NCBI GenBank assembly: GCA_038998335.1
Contig: JAVZHQ010000001.1
Coordinates: 32,001-96,000, forward strand
From: Candidatus Aenigmatarchaeota archaeon
GTDB lineage: Archaea; Aenigmatarchaeota; Aenigmatarchaeia; CG10238-14; SCSR01
Direction: 5' to 3'
DNA length: 64,000 bases
In this document: positions 49,601-60,200 of the stretch, piece after piece
Layout of the letters: every line of letters begins with the position of its first letter
Numbering within the stretch: position 1 is the first letter of the stretch
Translations under genes and position numbers: made by a program
Notes under the pieces: model-generated
What the model was told of the DNA's origin: nothing
The model's input: the letters and a program-made list of their open reading frames with translations, nothing else
The model's database searches: none

Positions 49601-50005
49601 ATTTTAGATAAAACAACTTATGTTCAAAGATATGAGCCTTCTTTAGACAGAACTATCATCTACAAATCCTCTATCGATAATATATCTCTTACCAAAAACA
49701 ATGTTCAAGATTTTACTTTTAATGGTTATACGGTAGCAGTATTAGAAGCATTTCCTGATTTAACTGCTCCTTACATAAAAAGCGTTACCGATATAGATTT
49801 GAAATCTGTGACTTGGCAGCCAAACAGGTACTCTATCAAATCAGAATGTCAAGGTTCAAACACAATTCAAGTTTACAGTAATACCAAGCCTTCTTCAATT
49901 AAAATAGGCAATCTTATTGTACCCTATGACGATTCTCTTTCTTCTATTCCTTCTTGGAAATATGATAGAGCTAACAAAATAATAACGATTAACTTCTCCT
50001 GTTAA
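46688..50005 (+). CDS. Secreted multidomain protein: PHP-type metallohydrolase + CBM-like + GH39/clan-A-like glycosidase + shared C-terminal module
   Basis: Signal peptide; GDLHGHT..SDG, TDH, HP, SDTH; NPSFE; YWEIWNEP, SFHHY, TELN. Confidence 0.7.
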   Translation: MKKLELLVFIFLIFSIFSIISFEVRAENYKLFFGDLHGHTFWSDGKGSPAEYFTYCRDVAKLDFCAITDHNVGQTSLNNISAEANKFTSPTFIAFAGNEWSSPKYGHKCCYNISTSCSATSQNCDETNELYEKVKREGGLCHTAHPATSWEGQNATDWSVVRDEVEVAGEIYANETKMIEAWSNYSLKLGVVGVSDTHDGRPGSSGITGCYASELTRKGILEALKARRCFATSSGANRTHFPMNLSFKINGHWMGEEISLNYGSKLNFEIIVNATYNVTRIYIKKNGETIATKTDCNFQNCAWFYSSFADTNSYYYVVATTSAGKSVWSSPIFISLSNLVTNPSFEGNTWQVDPNNTNFEDWEISRYSHNGLIKTWVETSNVHSGSKAFGFRTEAPSSTNISLSISSNRSKLIPIDENKYLEAGLWAYVKEGYYGDDISIVFYFENGSSIRLWGQDKLGGWNTGMWSRVSYLWYPSSLGEGKGYIPKGAKYARIVIFCNYHEGGIKERIYDDVFVKQHDNYPGWKERLEKNFTNLKLLADYNKFLGVSNLSYGVHDDKILYLGNETFLEKIRALNFSYIRFQYKYYEACKYWNETTHSCKEYDWTKVDKLIEAIKATGAEPIICVAGGDIGSSTFDPNKSYWLPPGMTGNYSGTGYPSHIDFGNYIADIVRHLNVEKGYNVKYWEIWNEPSPTVNIDEFVNLFNNAQRRMHEIDPTIKISNDRIMTNLLADEMLEKAEGVGFLSFHHYAAGGTCMYPHNSSNLENIFYPPNDVNGWDRDETIMYRVNRLGTDCSSWWCTYSPKKARELWKQKTGKDLEVIGTELNLNSAWRNGTDHRQNNIFGATWWAAKVKAYILDGFETSLVYFTVASWDRPEHKDKPMAKYGGFGFGMMNSSYPYNPYAPYWSMYLLTTYIPKGSKLYFSKSSDSDVIDILAVESRGSKNILLINKVNETVNFTLPILGFTIKNATLHILDKTTYVQRYEPSLDRTIIYKSSIDNISLTKNNVQDFTFNGYTVAVLEAFPDLTAPYIKSVTDIDLKSVTWQPNRYSIKSECQGSNTIQVYSNTKPSSIKIGNLIVPYDDSLSSIPSWKYDRANKIITINFSC
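49920..49962 (+). repeat. 43-bp dispersed repeat, copy 1 (identical at 55334-55376; 35/43 at 57042-57084)
   Basis: TACCCTATGACGATTCTCTTTCTTCTATTCCTTCTTGGAAATA, encoding PYDDSLSSIPSWKY. Confidence 0.9.
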
Positions 50006-50017
50006 TAAAATAATATT

Positions 50018-52219
50018 ATGAAGAAGATCTTGCTCATTCTATTCTTTTTCCTATTTCTACCAATCACTGTTTCAGCCCAAGATCTAGTAGCTTACTATTC
50101 CTTTGACGATTGCTCAGCCAAAGATTTATCTGGCTATAATAACAACGGAACAATTTATGGCGCAATCTGCACAGAAGGAAAAATAAATCAAGCTTTAAGC
50201 TTTGACGGTATAGACGATTACATAAATTGTGGAAATTCTTCTATTCTTAATCCTTCTTCGATAACAATCCTAGCCTGGATTTATCCAAAAGGCTGGGGAG
50301 AAAACGGAATGGGAAGAATAGTTACCAAATACTATTCCTACCAATTCTACGTTTATTCAGATGGCAACAGACTAAGCTTCTACTTTTGGAATTCCTCTAA
50401 TTCAACCAATCAAGCCTGGTCGAACATAAACTCAACAAAACTAAACGAATGGCAGTATGTAGGAGTAACTTATGATGGGCAATACATTAAGTTTTACGTT
50501 AACGGTTTACTTTCAGGACAAACAGCAATGAAAGCAGGAAGCTTGCAATCTTCTAACTCAAACCTAATTATAGGAAACAGAGAAAGCCTAGACAGAACTT
50601 TTAACGGCACAATAGACGAAGTAAAAATCTACAACAGAGCTTTAAGCAGCGAAGAAATCTACTCAGAATATCTAAAAACTGTTAAATACTTTCTTTCAGG
50701 TCAACTTAAAGACAAAAATGGTATTCCACTACAAGCAAATATTTCATTTTTAGACAAAGACACAAACGAAATAATTTTGATAAATCGAACAGACGAGAAT
50801 GGAAGTTATTTTTTGTCAGCTTACTATGGAAGTTATGATATCTTGTATGAATTATCTGGCCAAAACTTGTGGATAAAAATAAAAGATTTTAATTTAAATC
50901 AGGATACAAGCGACATTTTAAATTACATATCTTTTGAGTCAAATAAAATATCTTTTCAAGCCACCTTAGACAAAACAATTACTCTTGAGATATCAACTGA
51001 CAAACCTCCTAGCAAAATTTTAATAAACGGAACCGAATTGGAAAAAGTTAATTCTTTGCAAGAATTGAAAAATAACAGCTGGTTTTATGAGTCATTTAAA
51101 AAAATAATTCATTTACAAAATTTTTTAGACTGTAATTTTCTTTGTAAACTTAAAAGATTTTCTTATGGTTTATGTAGAAATACCATGGAAGGCTTCCCGA
51201 AACCAGCTCCATTAGATCTTTCTGATGCAAGAAGAACTTTATGGAGATATTTTCCTTACTTATGGCACAGACATGAAGTTTTGGTTGAACTTTTCAAAAA
51301 CTTATCAAATGCTCATCCAAAATACGCTTCTTACGAATCTATAGGTAAATCGCATGAAGGTAGAGATATATTGATGTTTAAGATAGGAAATCCAGAAGGA
51401 GGAAAAGTTATGTGGGATGGGTGCATCCATGGTCCCGAAGATATAGGAAGCGAGATAATGTATATAATTGCAAAATGGCTTCTTGAAAGTGGGAACGAGA
51501 CAGCTAATAGAATACTTCAAAGAAATTATATTCTTTTTATTCCTGTGGTGAATATGGATTCTTACGCAAGACAAAACAGGAATTTTAGCGCATGTCAATA
51601 CGGAGTAGATTTGAATAGAAACTTTGTAACAGGATGGCGCTCAAGAGCATGTACAATAGGAACGTGTACAAACGATACAGATTGCGAAAATAATTATGGC
51701 AGCTCTTATGTTTGTAGGAATAACACTTGTGTTAATAACTATGATTATTCTGGAGAGTCTCCTGCAAGTGAGAATGAAACAAAAGCATTAAGATATGCTT
51801 TTCAAACTTATAGACCAGAGTTTTATGTTAACACTCATAGAGGTGGTTCTATTCTGTACTATTATTCTGGCAATAATATGTCGATTGTAAATTCCTTACT
51901 CAAGAGAATTAATGAATTAAGCTTACAAATGGGTGTGACACCTTATTCTGCCACTTCAGTTGGAGCAAATGGTATGGCTTTAGCCGATGCAAATTATTTT
52001 GGCGCTACTTCTTGGCTTTTCGAAATAGAAACTTGGGATGTTAATGTAACTTATGACGATATAGTAAATGTTTATTTTCCAAGAGTTTTACCAGTTTTTA
52101 TAGCGATGTGCGAAGCTTCTGAAAAAGTTGTAGAAATTAATCCCTGCCTAAACGGAGAAATTTTAATTGACCAAAATACTTGTTTGCCATACTGGAAATG
52201 CTGTTGTTCTTTTTCTTAA
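50018..52219 (+). CDS. Secreted LamG + M14 zinc carboxypeptidase-family protein
   Basis: Signal peptide; LamG (ALSFDGIDDY...FNGTIDEVKIYNRALS); IHGPE, DLNRNF, ENET, NTH. Confidence 0.8.
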   Translation: MKKILLILFFFLFLPITVSAQDLVAYYSFDDCSAKDLSGYNNNGTIYGAICTEGKINQALSFDGIDDYINCGNSSILNPSSITILAWIYPKGWGENGMGRIVTKYYSYQFYVYSDGNRLSFYFWNSSNSTNQAWSNINSTKLNEWQYVGVTYDGQYIKFYVNGLLSGQTAMKAGSLQSSNSNLIIGNRESLDRTFNGTIDEVKIYNRALSSEEIYSEYLKTVKYFLSGQLKDKNGIPLQANISFLDKDTNEIILINRTDENGSYFLSAYYGSYDILYELSGQNLWIKIKDFNLNQDTSDILNYISFESNKISFQATLDKTITLEISTDKPPSKILINGTELEKVNSLQELKNNSWFYESFKKIIHLQNFLDCNFLCKLKRFSYGLCRNTMEGFPKPAPLDLSDARRTLWRYFPYLWHRHEVLVELFKNLSNAHPKYASYESIGKSHEGRDILMFKIGNPEGGKVMWDGCIHGPEDIGSEIMYIIAKWLLESGNETANRILQRNYILFIPVVNMDSYARQNRNFSACQYGVDLNRNFVTGWRSRACTIGTCTNDTDCENNYGSSYVCRNNTCVNNYDYSGESPASENETKALRYAFQTYRPEFYVNTHRGGSILYYYSGNNMSIVNSLLKRINELSLQMGVTPYSATSVGANGMALADANYFGATSWLFEIETWDVNVTYDDIVNVYFPRVLPVFIAMCEASEKVVEINPCLNGEILIDQNTCLPYWKCCCSFS

Positions 52220-52251
52220 AATATTTGTTCAAAGAACACTAAGTTATATTT

Positions 52252-55200
52252 ATGAAAATATGTTCTCAAATAATCGTTTTTCTTCTATTTATAGTTCTTT
52301 TATGTAGTCTCCCAACTTTCATTAAAAAAGATGAAATAAATAACGAAAATTCTTCTTTTGAAGAAGAATGTACAGCTGTAATAGTTACAGGAACTCACGC
52401 AAAAGACGGAAGGGCTATAATGATGAAGAATAGAGATTGGAGTGATACTCAGTACCAAAAACCTTGGTTTGTTAGTAGTTATGCTGGAGGAAATTACAGT
52501 TATATCTTAATGTCTGCTTATATGGGAATGAATGAAGTAGGGTTAGCTATTATGAACACTCTTCAATCTTGTCCTGGTTTAAATGTTTGGCATTATAACA
52601 TTCATGGAAATTACACTAATGATAAATCAGTAGCTATGCAGTATGTTCTCTCTCATTTTTCAGATGTGGAAAAAGCAGTTATGTGGATAGTCGAAAATAC
52701 TTACGGATTATGCGATTGTATAGGAATAATAGGTCAAAATAGTAGCGTAGGTGCTTTTGTTTGGATAGATGGTGATAAGAAATACATAACTTGGGTCAAT
52801 AATTCGCACGATGCTGCAGCAAACAGTTGGGTTCCAAACGGCGTTTACGGAACTAGAGGAGCAAGAGCAAAGCAACTTCTAGACCAAATCTACAACCAAA
52901 AAGGTTACATTTCTTGGGAGGATGTAATTCAAGAAATAAGTAAAGATGAGTTTGATAGAGAAAAAACCAACAACAATTGTTACAGCTATAGTGATTGTAT
53001 TAGCAGAGGAATAACAAGAGCAGCTATGGTAGCAGTTTCGGGAAATAGTAGCTATGAAGGCAGACTTAACATAATGTGGCTAACTTTTGGAGAAAATCCT
53101 ACTATAGGTCTCTTCTTACCCCTAATGCCTGGGGTAATAGATTCCTCTTCAGACATACCAAGCATTTTTACTTCTGGAAACGGTTTAGGAGCTTTAGTAG
53201 AAGTTAAGAGGAACTATGCTAGAAATGGTTGTAGTTCTGAGCAATGGAACGGCACAAGAGTGAGAGAGATTCAGTCTTATTCTTTTTACGCTGAAAATTA
53301 CACTTTTAAAAAATACGATGAACTGATGAAGACAATTCCAAGTGGCTTATCTTATACTCAATTAAAAACGCTTCTTAAAAATTATATGAATGATTCGATA
53401 ACTGTGGCTACCAACATATATATAGCAGAAAAAATACCTGAAGATTCTTTACCCAATTGTAGTGTCCTAAGTATAGATGAATCTTCTCCTTATGCTTATG
53501 CTTTAGACAATTCTATTTGGTATAGTAATCTTTCTACGGGAAGCTTTGCTGTCAATATAGAGACTAACGATGATAAAGGAATAAGCAAAGTGAGCTTTCC
53601 GAGTACTACTTCCTCAGGAGGGGATGACACAATTCCTCCATATTCTTGGACCTATAGTTGGAATACCCAGAGTACTTATTCTGGAATAGCTACAGTTACA
53701 GTTTACGATACAGCACAGCAAACTGGTACGTGTATTTTTAGCGTGATTAAGGATAGCGTAGCACCAACTACTACAGTAAATATCGAAGGAAACTATAACA
53801 TTATTTTAAGTTGCGAGGATTCTGGTGTGGGTTGTAATGTCACTTATTATTGCATAGATACCGATAATTCCTGTAATCCTTCGAATGTATACTTAAATCC
53901 TATAACAACTCCTTGTACTGGTTGTTGCTATTTAAGATACCGTTCAGCAGATAAGGTTAACAATGTAGAAACTGTCAAATCTGTTTCTTTTGGCCATACT
54001 TGCGGTTGCTCAAGAGGCAACCCTTCAGTTTTCATTATTCCATCATCTCAAAGTAACTTACCTGGGTATAAGTCAACTTACATAGTTTCAGTTAAAAGTA
54101 ATGATAATGAAGCATGTGGAATTTCTGTATTTAATTTGTCATTAGTCTGCCAAGCTGGTATAAGTTGTAGCTTAATTAATAATACCTTAGCTATCTTGCC
54201 CGGAAATGCAGTTAATACTACATTAGAAATAACTTCAAGTCCTTCTGCTTCAGAAGGCAATTATATTTTTACTGTTAGAGCAACAAATTCTTTACTAAGC
54301 AATTATTTTGGAGAGGCTTCAGGAAGTTACATCGTTGTCTTAAAAAAACTAGTTTTAGAATATAAGTTCAGTGAAGGTCTGGGGTTAGTAGCTTACGATA
54401 ACTCTGGATTTAATAATCATGCAAATATTTTTGGGGCAAATTGGATAGAAGGCAAACACGACTTTGCTTTAAGTTTTGACGGAATAGACGACTATCTTGA
54501 AGTTTTGCAAGCCGATTCGATTAGTGGTTTTTCTTATGGTTTGTCTTTGAGCTTATGGGTTAAGTTTAACGAATTAAATAGAAGACAGGCGATTCTCAAC
54601 AAATATGATACAAGAAGTAATCAAAGAGGTTGGTTCTTGGAGTACCAAAATCACTCTACTTATAGGGATGTTTTAGGATTTTTTGCTTCTTACAATGGAG
54701 TTAATTATAGTGAATGGTACACTTCTTTCAAGCCTAACTTAGGAGAATGGTATCACTTAGCAGTTGTTTGGGAGCCAAATAAACTACCAAAGTTCTACGT
54801 GAATGGCGAACTTAAACAAACAATAAACAACAGAACAATTCCGCAAATTTTCAACAATACTCTAGCACCATTTCACATAGGAAAAAGTACTTATGCTACT
54901 GGAAGAGAGTTTAACGGAACGATAGATGAAATTAAAATTTACAATTATGCTTTAACTGATAGTGAAATATTAGAAATTTTTTCAAATGAAAGTAAAAATT
55001 ATTTCAAAGGTTTCCTTACCGATAAAAATGGTAAACCATACCAAGGAATAGTATCAATCGACTCTCGCGCAGGAAGCATAGAGAATGGAAATTATTTTCT
55101 CAGAATTGATTCAGGAAATTATGATATTATATACTCTTTAGTCAACTTTCCTGTTCAGGGATTTTGGTTGAAACTTCTCAACTACTTAATCGATTCAGAT

Positions 55201-55422
55201 TTGAATAATATAGTAAATTATGTTGATAAGCAAGACAATAGAATTTCGTTCGTTGTCGAGTGTTTTAATTCTCAAAGTGTTCAGGCTTACAGCCCTTCCA
55301 AACCAAACAAAGTAAAAGTTAATGGGGTTGAGATACCCTATGACGATTCTCTTTCTTCTATTCCTTCTTGGAAATACATTTCATCGAATAAAACAATCAT
55401 TATTAAGTTCTTCTGTCAATAA
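52252..55422 (+). CDS. Secreted Ntn-hydrolase (C45/C69-like) + Ig-like + LamG protein
   Basis: Signal peptide; E-CTAVIVTG...KNRD, GMNEVGLAIMN; DSVAPTT Ig-like segment; LamG FNGTIDEIKIYN. Confidence 0.72.
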   Translation: MKICSQIIVFLLFIVLLCSLPTFIKKDEINNENSSFEEECTAVIVTGTHAKDGRAIMMKNRDWSDTQYQKPWFVSSYAGGNYSYILMSAYMGMNEVGLAIMNTLQSCPGLNVWHYNIHGNYTNDKSVAMQYVLSHFSDVEKAVMWIVENTYGLCDCIGIIGQNSSVGAFVWIDGDKKYITWVNNSHDAAANSWVPNGVYGTRGARAKQLLDQIYNQKGYISWEDVIQEISKDEFDREKTNNNCYSYSDCISRGITRAAMVAVSGNSSYEGRLNIMWLTFGENPTIGLFLPLMPGVIDSSSDIPSIFTSGNGLGALVEVKRNYARNGCSSEQWNGTRVREIQSYSFYAENYTFKKYDELMKTIPSGLSYTQLKTLLKNYMNDSITVATNIYIAEKIPEDSLPNCSVLSIDESSPYAYALDNSIWYSNLSTGSFAVNIETNDDKGISKVSFPSTTSSGGDDTIPPYSWTYSWNTQSTYSGIATVTVYDTAQQTGTCIFSVIKDSVAPTTTVNIEGNYNIILSCEDSGVGCNVTYYCIDTDNSCNPSNVYLNPITTPCTGCCYLRYRSADKVNNVETVKSVSFGHTCGCSRGNPSVFIIPSSQSNLPGYKSTYIVSVKSNDNEACGISVFNLSLVCQAGISCSLINNTLAILPGNAVNTTLEITSSPSASEGNYIFTVRATNSLLSNYFGEASGSYIVVLKKLVLEYKFSEGLGLVAYDNSGFNNHANIFGANWIEGKHDFALSFDGIDDYLEVLQADSISGFSYGLSLSLWVKFNELNRRQAILNKYDTRSNQRGWFLEYQNHSTYRDVLGFFASYNGVNYSEWYTSFKPNLGEWYHLAVVWEPNKLPKFYVNGELKQTINNRTIPQIFNNTLAPFHIGKSTYATGREFNGTIDEIKIYNYALTDSEILEIFSNESKNYFKGFLTDKNGKPYQGIVSIDSRAGSIENGNYFLRIDSGNYDIIYSLVNFPVQGFWLKLLNYLIDSDLNNIVNYVDKQDNRISFVVECFNSQSVQAYSPSKPNKVKVNGVEIPYDDSLSSIPSWKYISSNKTIIIKFFCQ
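55334..55376 (+). repeat. 43-bp dispersed repeat, copy 2
   Basis: Identical to 49920-49962. Confidence 0.9.
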
Positions 55423-55429
55423 AATTATT

Positions 55430-57127
55430 ATGAGTCAATTTTTTATCTTCCTTTTATCTGCTGCTCTTTTAATTTTACTCTTACCAACTTTCTATGACCT
55501 CCATACTTCTAAAGTTCAGAGTTACTATTTTCTTTCTAATTATGAATTAGCGCTTCTTAACTCTGAACTTTACCCTCTAGACTCAAATTTAATAACCGTT
55601 TGTTCTTCTGGGTGTAACTTTACTTCTATTTACTCAGCTATAAATTACGCTAATACTACTCCAGGAGCAGATATGATTTATATAAAGGAAGGCGTATACA
55701 CAGAAAACAACATCAAATTATACAGCAACATCACAATCGTAGGCGATGGTATAGACAAAACAATTATAAGAAATAAGCTTTCTAGCTCTGGCATAGGACA
55801 AAGGTACGATATTTTCACTAGTAATGTTCCTTTAGAAAATGTTCGGATCGAAAATCTAACTGTTGATACTTTAGGTGTGCCAGACAACATGGGAAGTAGT
55901 GCCATAACTTTTCGAGGTAATGGCACGAACAAAAATATTGTTATTAGAAATGTTAAATCTATAAACGCTTTTGGAGCAGGTATAGCGATTCCAAACTTTG
56001 AAAATCTTGTAATAGAAAATTGTATAATAAATAACACATGGACAGGAATAACAGTGGTTGGGGGAATAAATGCTTCGATTAAAAACAACATAATTGTTAA
56101 TACTAGAGGGGATGGGATTTTTCCACAAGTTAGACGTTCATCGAATCTCAGCGTTATAAAAGCTTTAATAGAAAATAATTATCTAGAGAATATCGGCGAC
56201 ACAGGAATAGATATAACTTCTGACTGTGATTTTAAACCTCATGAGGAAATTTATGTTGTCGGTAATAAGCTTAAAAATGCAAGTGTAAGAATTTCTTGTG
56301 CATTAAACATTACCTTAATTAAGAACTTTATCAAATATGGAAGCATCAGTGTAGATGCTGGTGCAGGAAGACCCATAAACATAGCAATCGAAAATAATTC
56401 GATAGAAAGTTCAAAAAGAGGTATTGTTCTAGGTGGTGCTTTAAACGTAACCGTCAGGGACAACATTATTCATTTCTTTGCGTCTTCGGATTCTTCGCAA
56501 ACAGGTATAAGTTCCGGAGTTTGGCAATCGTCGATATTACAAAATAATATTATTTTGAACCCACAAAACTATTGTATCGATTTTAATAATTGGCAGGTTG
56601 GCGGAAGCGGAAACACGTTAATAGAAAATAACACTCTAATCAACTGTGGTGATGTAGGGATTTATGATAATAATGTTAGTGTTGGAAAAGTAGTAATAAA
56701 AGGAAATAAGATAATAGACTTTAAGAACTTATCAAGACACAGCATTCTTACAGAGAAAGAAAGTAATGTATGGATTATAACTAACAACTGGATTTATAAT
56801 AAAAGCATCTTTGCACCAAGTAGCATAATTAATGATAATGATTACTCTTATCCTGAACAGTTTTATTTTCCAATTTCTTTAAAAAGTAATAAGTTTATCT
56901 TCTCTTCAATACTTCAAGATAGTAAAAATAAAATTTTAAGAATATATCTTGAAGAAATTGGATTTGGTTTGAACGAAGAAAACACGATAGAGATTTTCAG
57001 TCCAAAAAAACCTTCGAAAATTAAAATAAATAACCTTGTTGTAACATACGACGATTCTCTTTCTTTACTCCATTCTTGGAAATACGATTCTTCTAATAAA
57101 ACAATAACTTTAAAGTTCTTTTCTTAA
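55430..57127 (+). CDS. Secreted right-handed parallel beta-helix (pectin-lyase-like) protein
   Basis: Signal/TM at ATG 55430; FTSIYSAIN, IYIKEGVY, GDGIDKTII; repeated I.NN.I beta-helix turns. Confidence 0.78.
   Translation: MSQFFIFLLSAALLILLLPTFYDLHTSKVQSYYFLSNYELALLNSELYPLDSNLITVCSSGCNFTSIYSAINYANTTPGADMIYIKEGVYTENNIKLYSNITIVGDGIDKTIIRNKLSSSGIGQRYDIFTSNVPLENVRIENLTVDTLGVPDNMGSSAITFRGNGTNKNIVIRNVKSINAFGAGIAIPNFENLVIENCIINNTWTGITVVGGINASIKNNIIVNTRGDGIFPQVRRSSNLSVIKALIENNYLENIGDTGIDITSDCDFKPHEEIYVVGNKLKNASVRISCALNITLIKNFIKYGSISVDAGAGRPINIAIENNSIESSKRGIVLGGALNVTVRDNIIHFFASSDSSQTGISSGVWQSSILQNNIILNPQNYCIDFNNWQVGGSGNTLIENNTLINCGDVGIYDNNVSVGKVVIKGNKIIDFKNLSRHSILTEKESNVWIITNNWIYNKSIFAPSSIINDNDYSYPEQFYFPISLKSNKFIFSSILQDSKNKILRIYLEEIGFGLNEENTIEIFSPKKPSKIKINNLVVTYDDSLSLLHSWKYDSSNKTITLKFFS
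57042..57084 (+). repeat. 43-bp dispersed repeat, copy 3 (diverged)
   Basis: 8 mismatches to copies 1 and 2; encodes TYDDSLSLLHSWKY. Confidence 0.8.
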
Positions 57128-57267
57128 CCATAACTAAAAAACTCTAACCCACTTATTCTTTGTTCTTACAATTTTCTGTTTCGACTCAACGATTCGATAG
57201 CTTACTATTTCTAGCGAATATAGTCAAAGGTAAATGTTGATATTTAAAGGAGAATAAAAATATTTTA

Positions 57268-60200
57268 ATGAGAAAATTCCCTGCTTTTTTATTAGCTTTT
57301 CTTGTTAGCTTAATTTTTTTCATTAGCGAGTCCGGTGCTTACGATTTTGCAATAATAAACACAACTAATGTACCAGAAGTAAACAACATATACGAAATGT
57401 TTAAAAATTTAGGTATAACTTACAAAAGTTTTTCACCTTCTCAAGTAACAAGCGAATCTGTTTTTAGCGATGTAAATGGTATAGTCTCTTTTATAGATGA
57501 AGGTTTTCCTGTAGCAAATTCCTCCACAGTAATCGAGTTTGCAAAAAACCATGTTGTTATATGTCATGCTTACGATTTTGCAAATTATTATTTTCCTTCT
57601 TACTCAACTTCTTATCTTAAAGTCTCAGGAAGTACAGTAAATTACACTAAGGACTGGGGAAATTTTAGAAAAAACGATAAAGCTCATTTTCAAAGAGAAG
57701 ACGGCACTTTATACGTTTTTCTATCTAGCTCTCTAGAGGGCGATCCAACAATTGAAAAAATTGCTCAATTCGATGCTACAAGAACTGCTTTCTTCCAAAA
57801 GAAAGGTTTAACAGAAAATACTGGCTTTTATGTTCTTGACCTTAAGGTTACGAGAAACGAAACGGAATGGTCCGGAATTTGGCATATTTTTCCTGCAGTC
57901 AAGTTAGTAAAAAATTTTCCGACCGGTAAATATGCGATGTGGATGAGTAATGGAGTATACTGGTGGGATATAAACTGGGTAAACACCTTTACAGATAGTT
58001 TAGCTACAAACAATCCAGAAATAGTTTCGAAAATTGTTATAGGTAAAAGTCTTGAAGGTAGAGATATTAGCGCTATTCTCATCGGAAAAGGCAATCGGTA
58101 TGTAATAATCGATGGAGCAATTCATGGTAATGAAAAATTGTCAACGTTTGCAAGCTTGAGATTTGCTGAAATGATTATCGAAAATTATAAAGCTAGAGGT
58201 TATTGGTACGATAGGTTGCAAGAATTAAAGGTAATCATAGTACCCATTTTAAATCCTGACGGATTTGTCCATAATTGGAGACAAAATGCTAGAAGTTATC
58301 TTTATCCTTCAGATTATCAAAAATCTGGGTATGCTATGGCAGTGAATGACCAATGGATTGCTCATGGCATACCAAATAGGGCAGAAGTTGAAGGTCATAA
58401 GTGTAATATTGTTCCTCAAGATTCTAATGTTAATGGAACAGTTTTGAGTGTTAATCAAACACATTTCAAAGTTGGTTTGACTTGGAAATCTGATGGCTCG
58501 CCAGTAACCACACCCACAAACATTTCGTGGAGCTGCAACGCAACATGTTGTAATTTAAACCGTGATTTTCCACCAGGTGCTGACGCTAGCGAACCAGAAA
58601 CTAAAGCTTTAATAAACCTGGCAGCAAATTATACTCCTATAATTTACATAAATGGACATGAGGGTGCTTACTACGAGTACAATAAATATTATTATGCTTC
58701 TAATTTAAAAGAGCCTTACATGGGTTTTGCAAAAAGAGCTACTAGTTTTGCTAAGACAATTTTTACAAACTTAAAACACTGGGGCTATTATACTGATGGA
58801 GGAACAAATTATTTCCTTGGAAGAGTGGATACTGGAGCATGTTGTAATAATGTTTTTGCCACTTATTATGTCACATGGAAACATAATGCTTCTTCTTATC
58901 TTGTAGAAACGATTGTGTGGAGTAGCACTTATGGGGCCAGACAACAGTTATACGGTTTTGATTATTATCTTTCCTTTTTTGACGGAGTTATTTCTCATCT
59001 AGATATCCTCAAAGAAAAAAATTTTGTTATTCATAGCACAGCAAAAATTAAGTCGTTCAATTATGATAACCAATTAATCGTTATGTTAGATACTTCAGAA
59101 GCCATTTTACCTACACAAACTGTCATCTTTCTTGGTAATTATGGGAAACCCAATTCTGTAAAAATTGACGGGATAGAAAAATCTGAAGGTGATGGTTGGG
59201 TTTATTATACTGATAGTAATAACATAACCATTACAGGGGCTTCAAACTCAATTGTGCTTGGTTGGGAACCAACTTACACTGCTACCTTTTATCAAACAGG
59301 AATTCCTTCTGGTACACCATGGGGTGTGACTGTTGCTAGTAATAGGTATACTTCTACAGCAAGTAGTTTAACTGTATCTGGGCTGACAGGAACTGTTTCT
59401 TACAGCTATGATACCATTGTTCCTGGTGTATCAGGAACTAGATACTCTTGTGTTTCAGATTGTTCTGGCTACGTTAGCCAAGAGTATAATACAACTTCAG
59501 CAAATTACATTACTCAATATTTCTTGGCAATGAGCGTAAATCCCGTAGGAAGTGGTAATGTAGCCCCAGGTAACGGATGGTATAACTCTAGTATGTCAAT
59601 TACCATTAGTGCAAGTCCAAATCCAGGTTATGGCTTCTCTTCTTGGAATGGTTCTGGATCAGGCAGTTATACTGGCATAGAAAATCCTGCGTCGATAACG
59701 ATGAATTCACCAATAACAGAAATTGCTAATTTTGTTCCTTTTTCCGATGTAATCGGTTACTGGAAGTTTGACGAAGGTTCTGGTTATGAAGCAAAAGATT
59801 CCTCTGTTTATAAAAATAATGGTATAGTTAATGCGTCATGGTCATTAACTAACTGTCTTTCAATTTATTGCCTTAATTTTGACGGTATTGATGATGTTAT
59901 CAACTGTTCGAATTCTTCAATTTTAAACCCAACCCCAACAGGAAGCATAACAGTAGAAGCCTGGATCTATCCAAGATCTTACGGTGGAAACGGCTTAGGA
60001 AGAGTGGTTTCTAAAGAAACAGGAACTACAGCAAACCCTTATGCCTTAGAGTTAAGAAACACAACAGAAGCTTATACAAACGGCTTAATCTTTTGCATAG
60101 GAAACGGAACTTCAGAAACTTGCACTATAGGTTCAGCTTGTAACAACATAATTACTCTAAACACATGGCAGCATGTAGCAGGAAGATATAATCGCACGCA

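Noticed and set aside
55322-55429. ORF-track start of the beta-helix gene at 55322
   Set aside because: Overlaps 100 nt of the upstream gene's conserved tail; ATG 55430 gives a proper signal peptide
49920-57084. C-terminal repeats as diversity-generating retroelement VR/TR
   Set aside because: Two copies are identical, mismatches in the third are not adenine-specific, all copies are coding, and there is no reverse transcriptase in the window
57128-57267. 140-nt intergenic region with weak pairing (ATTCG/CGAAT, GACT/AGTC) as an ncRNA
   Set aside because: Pairing is short and AT-rich and no family is recognised; more likely promoter/terminator sequence
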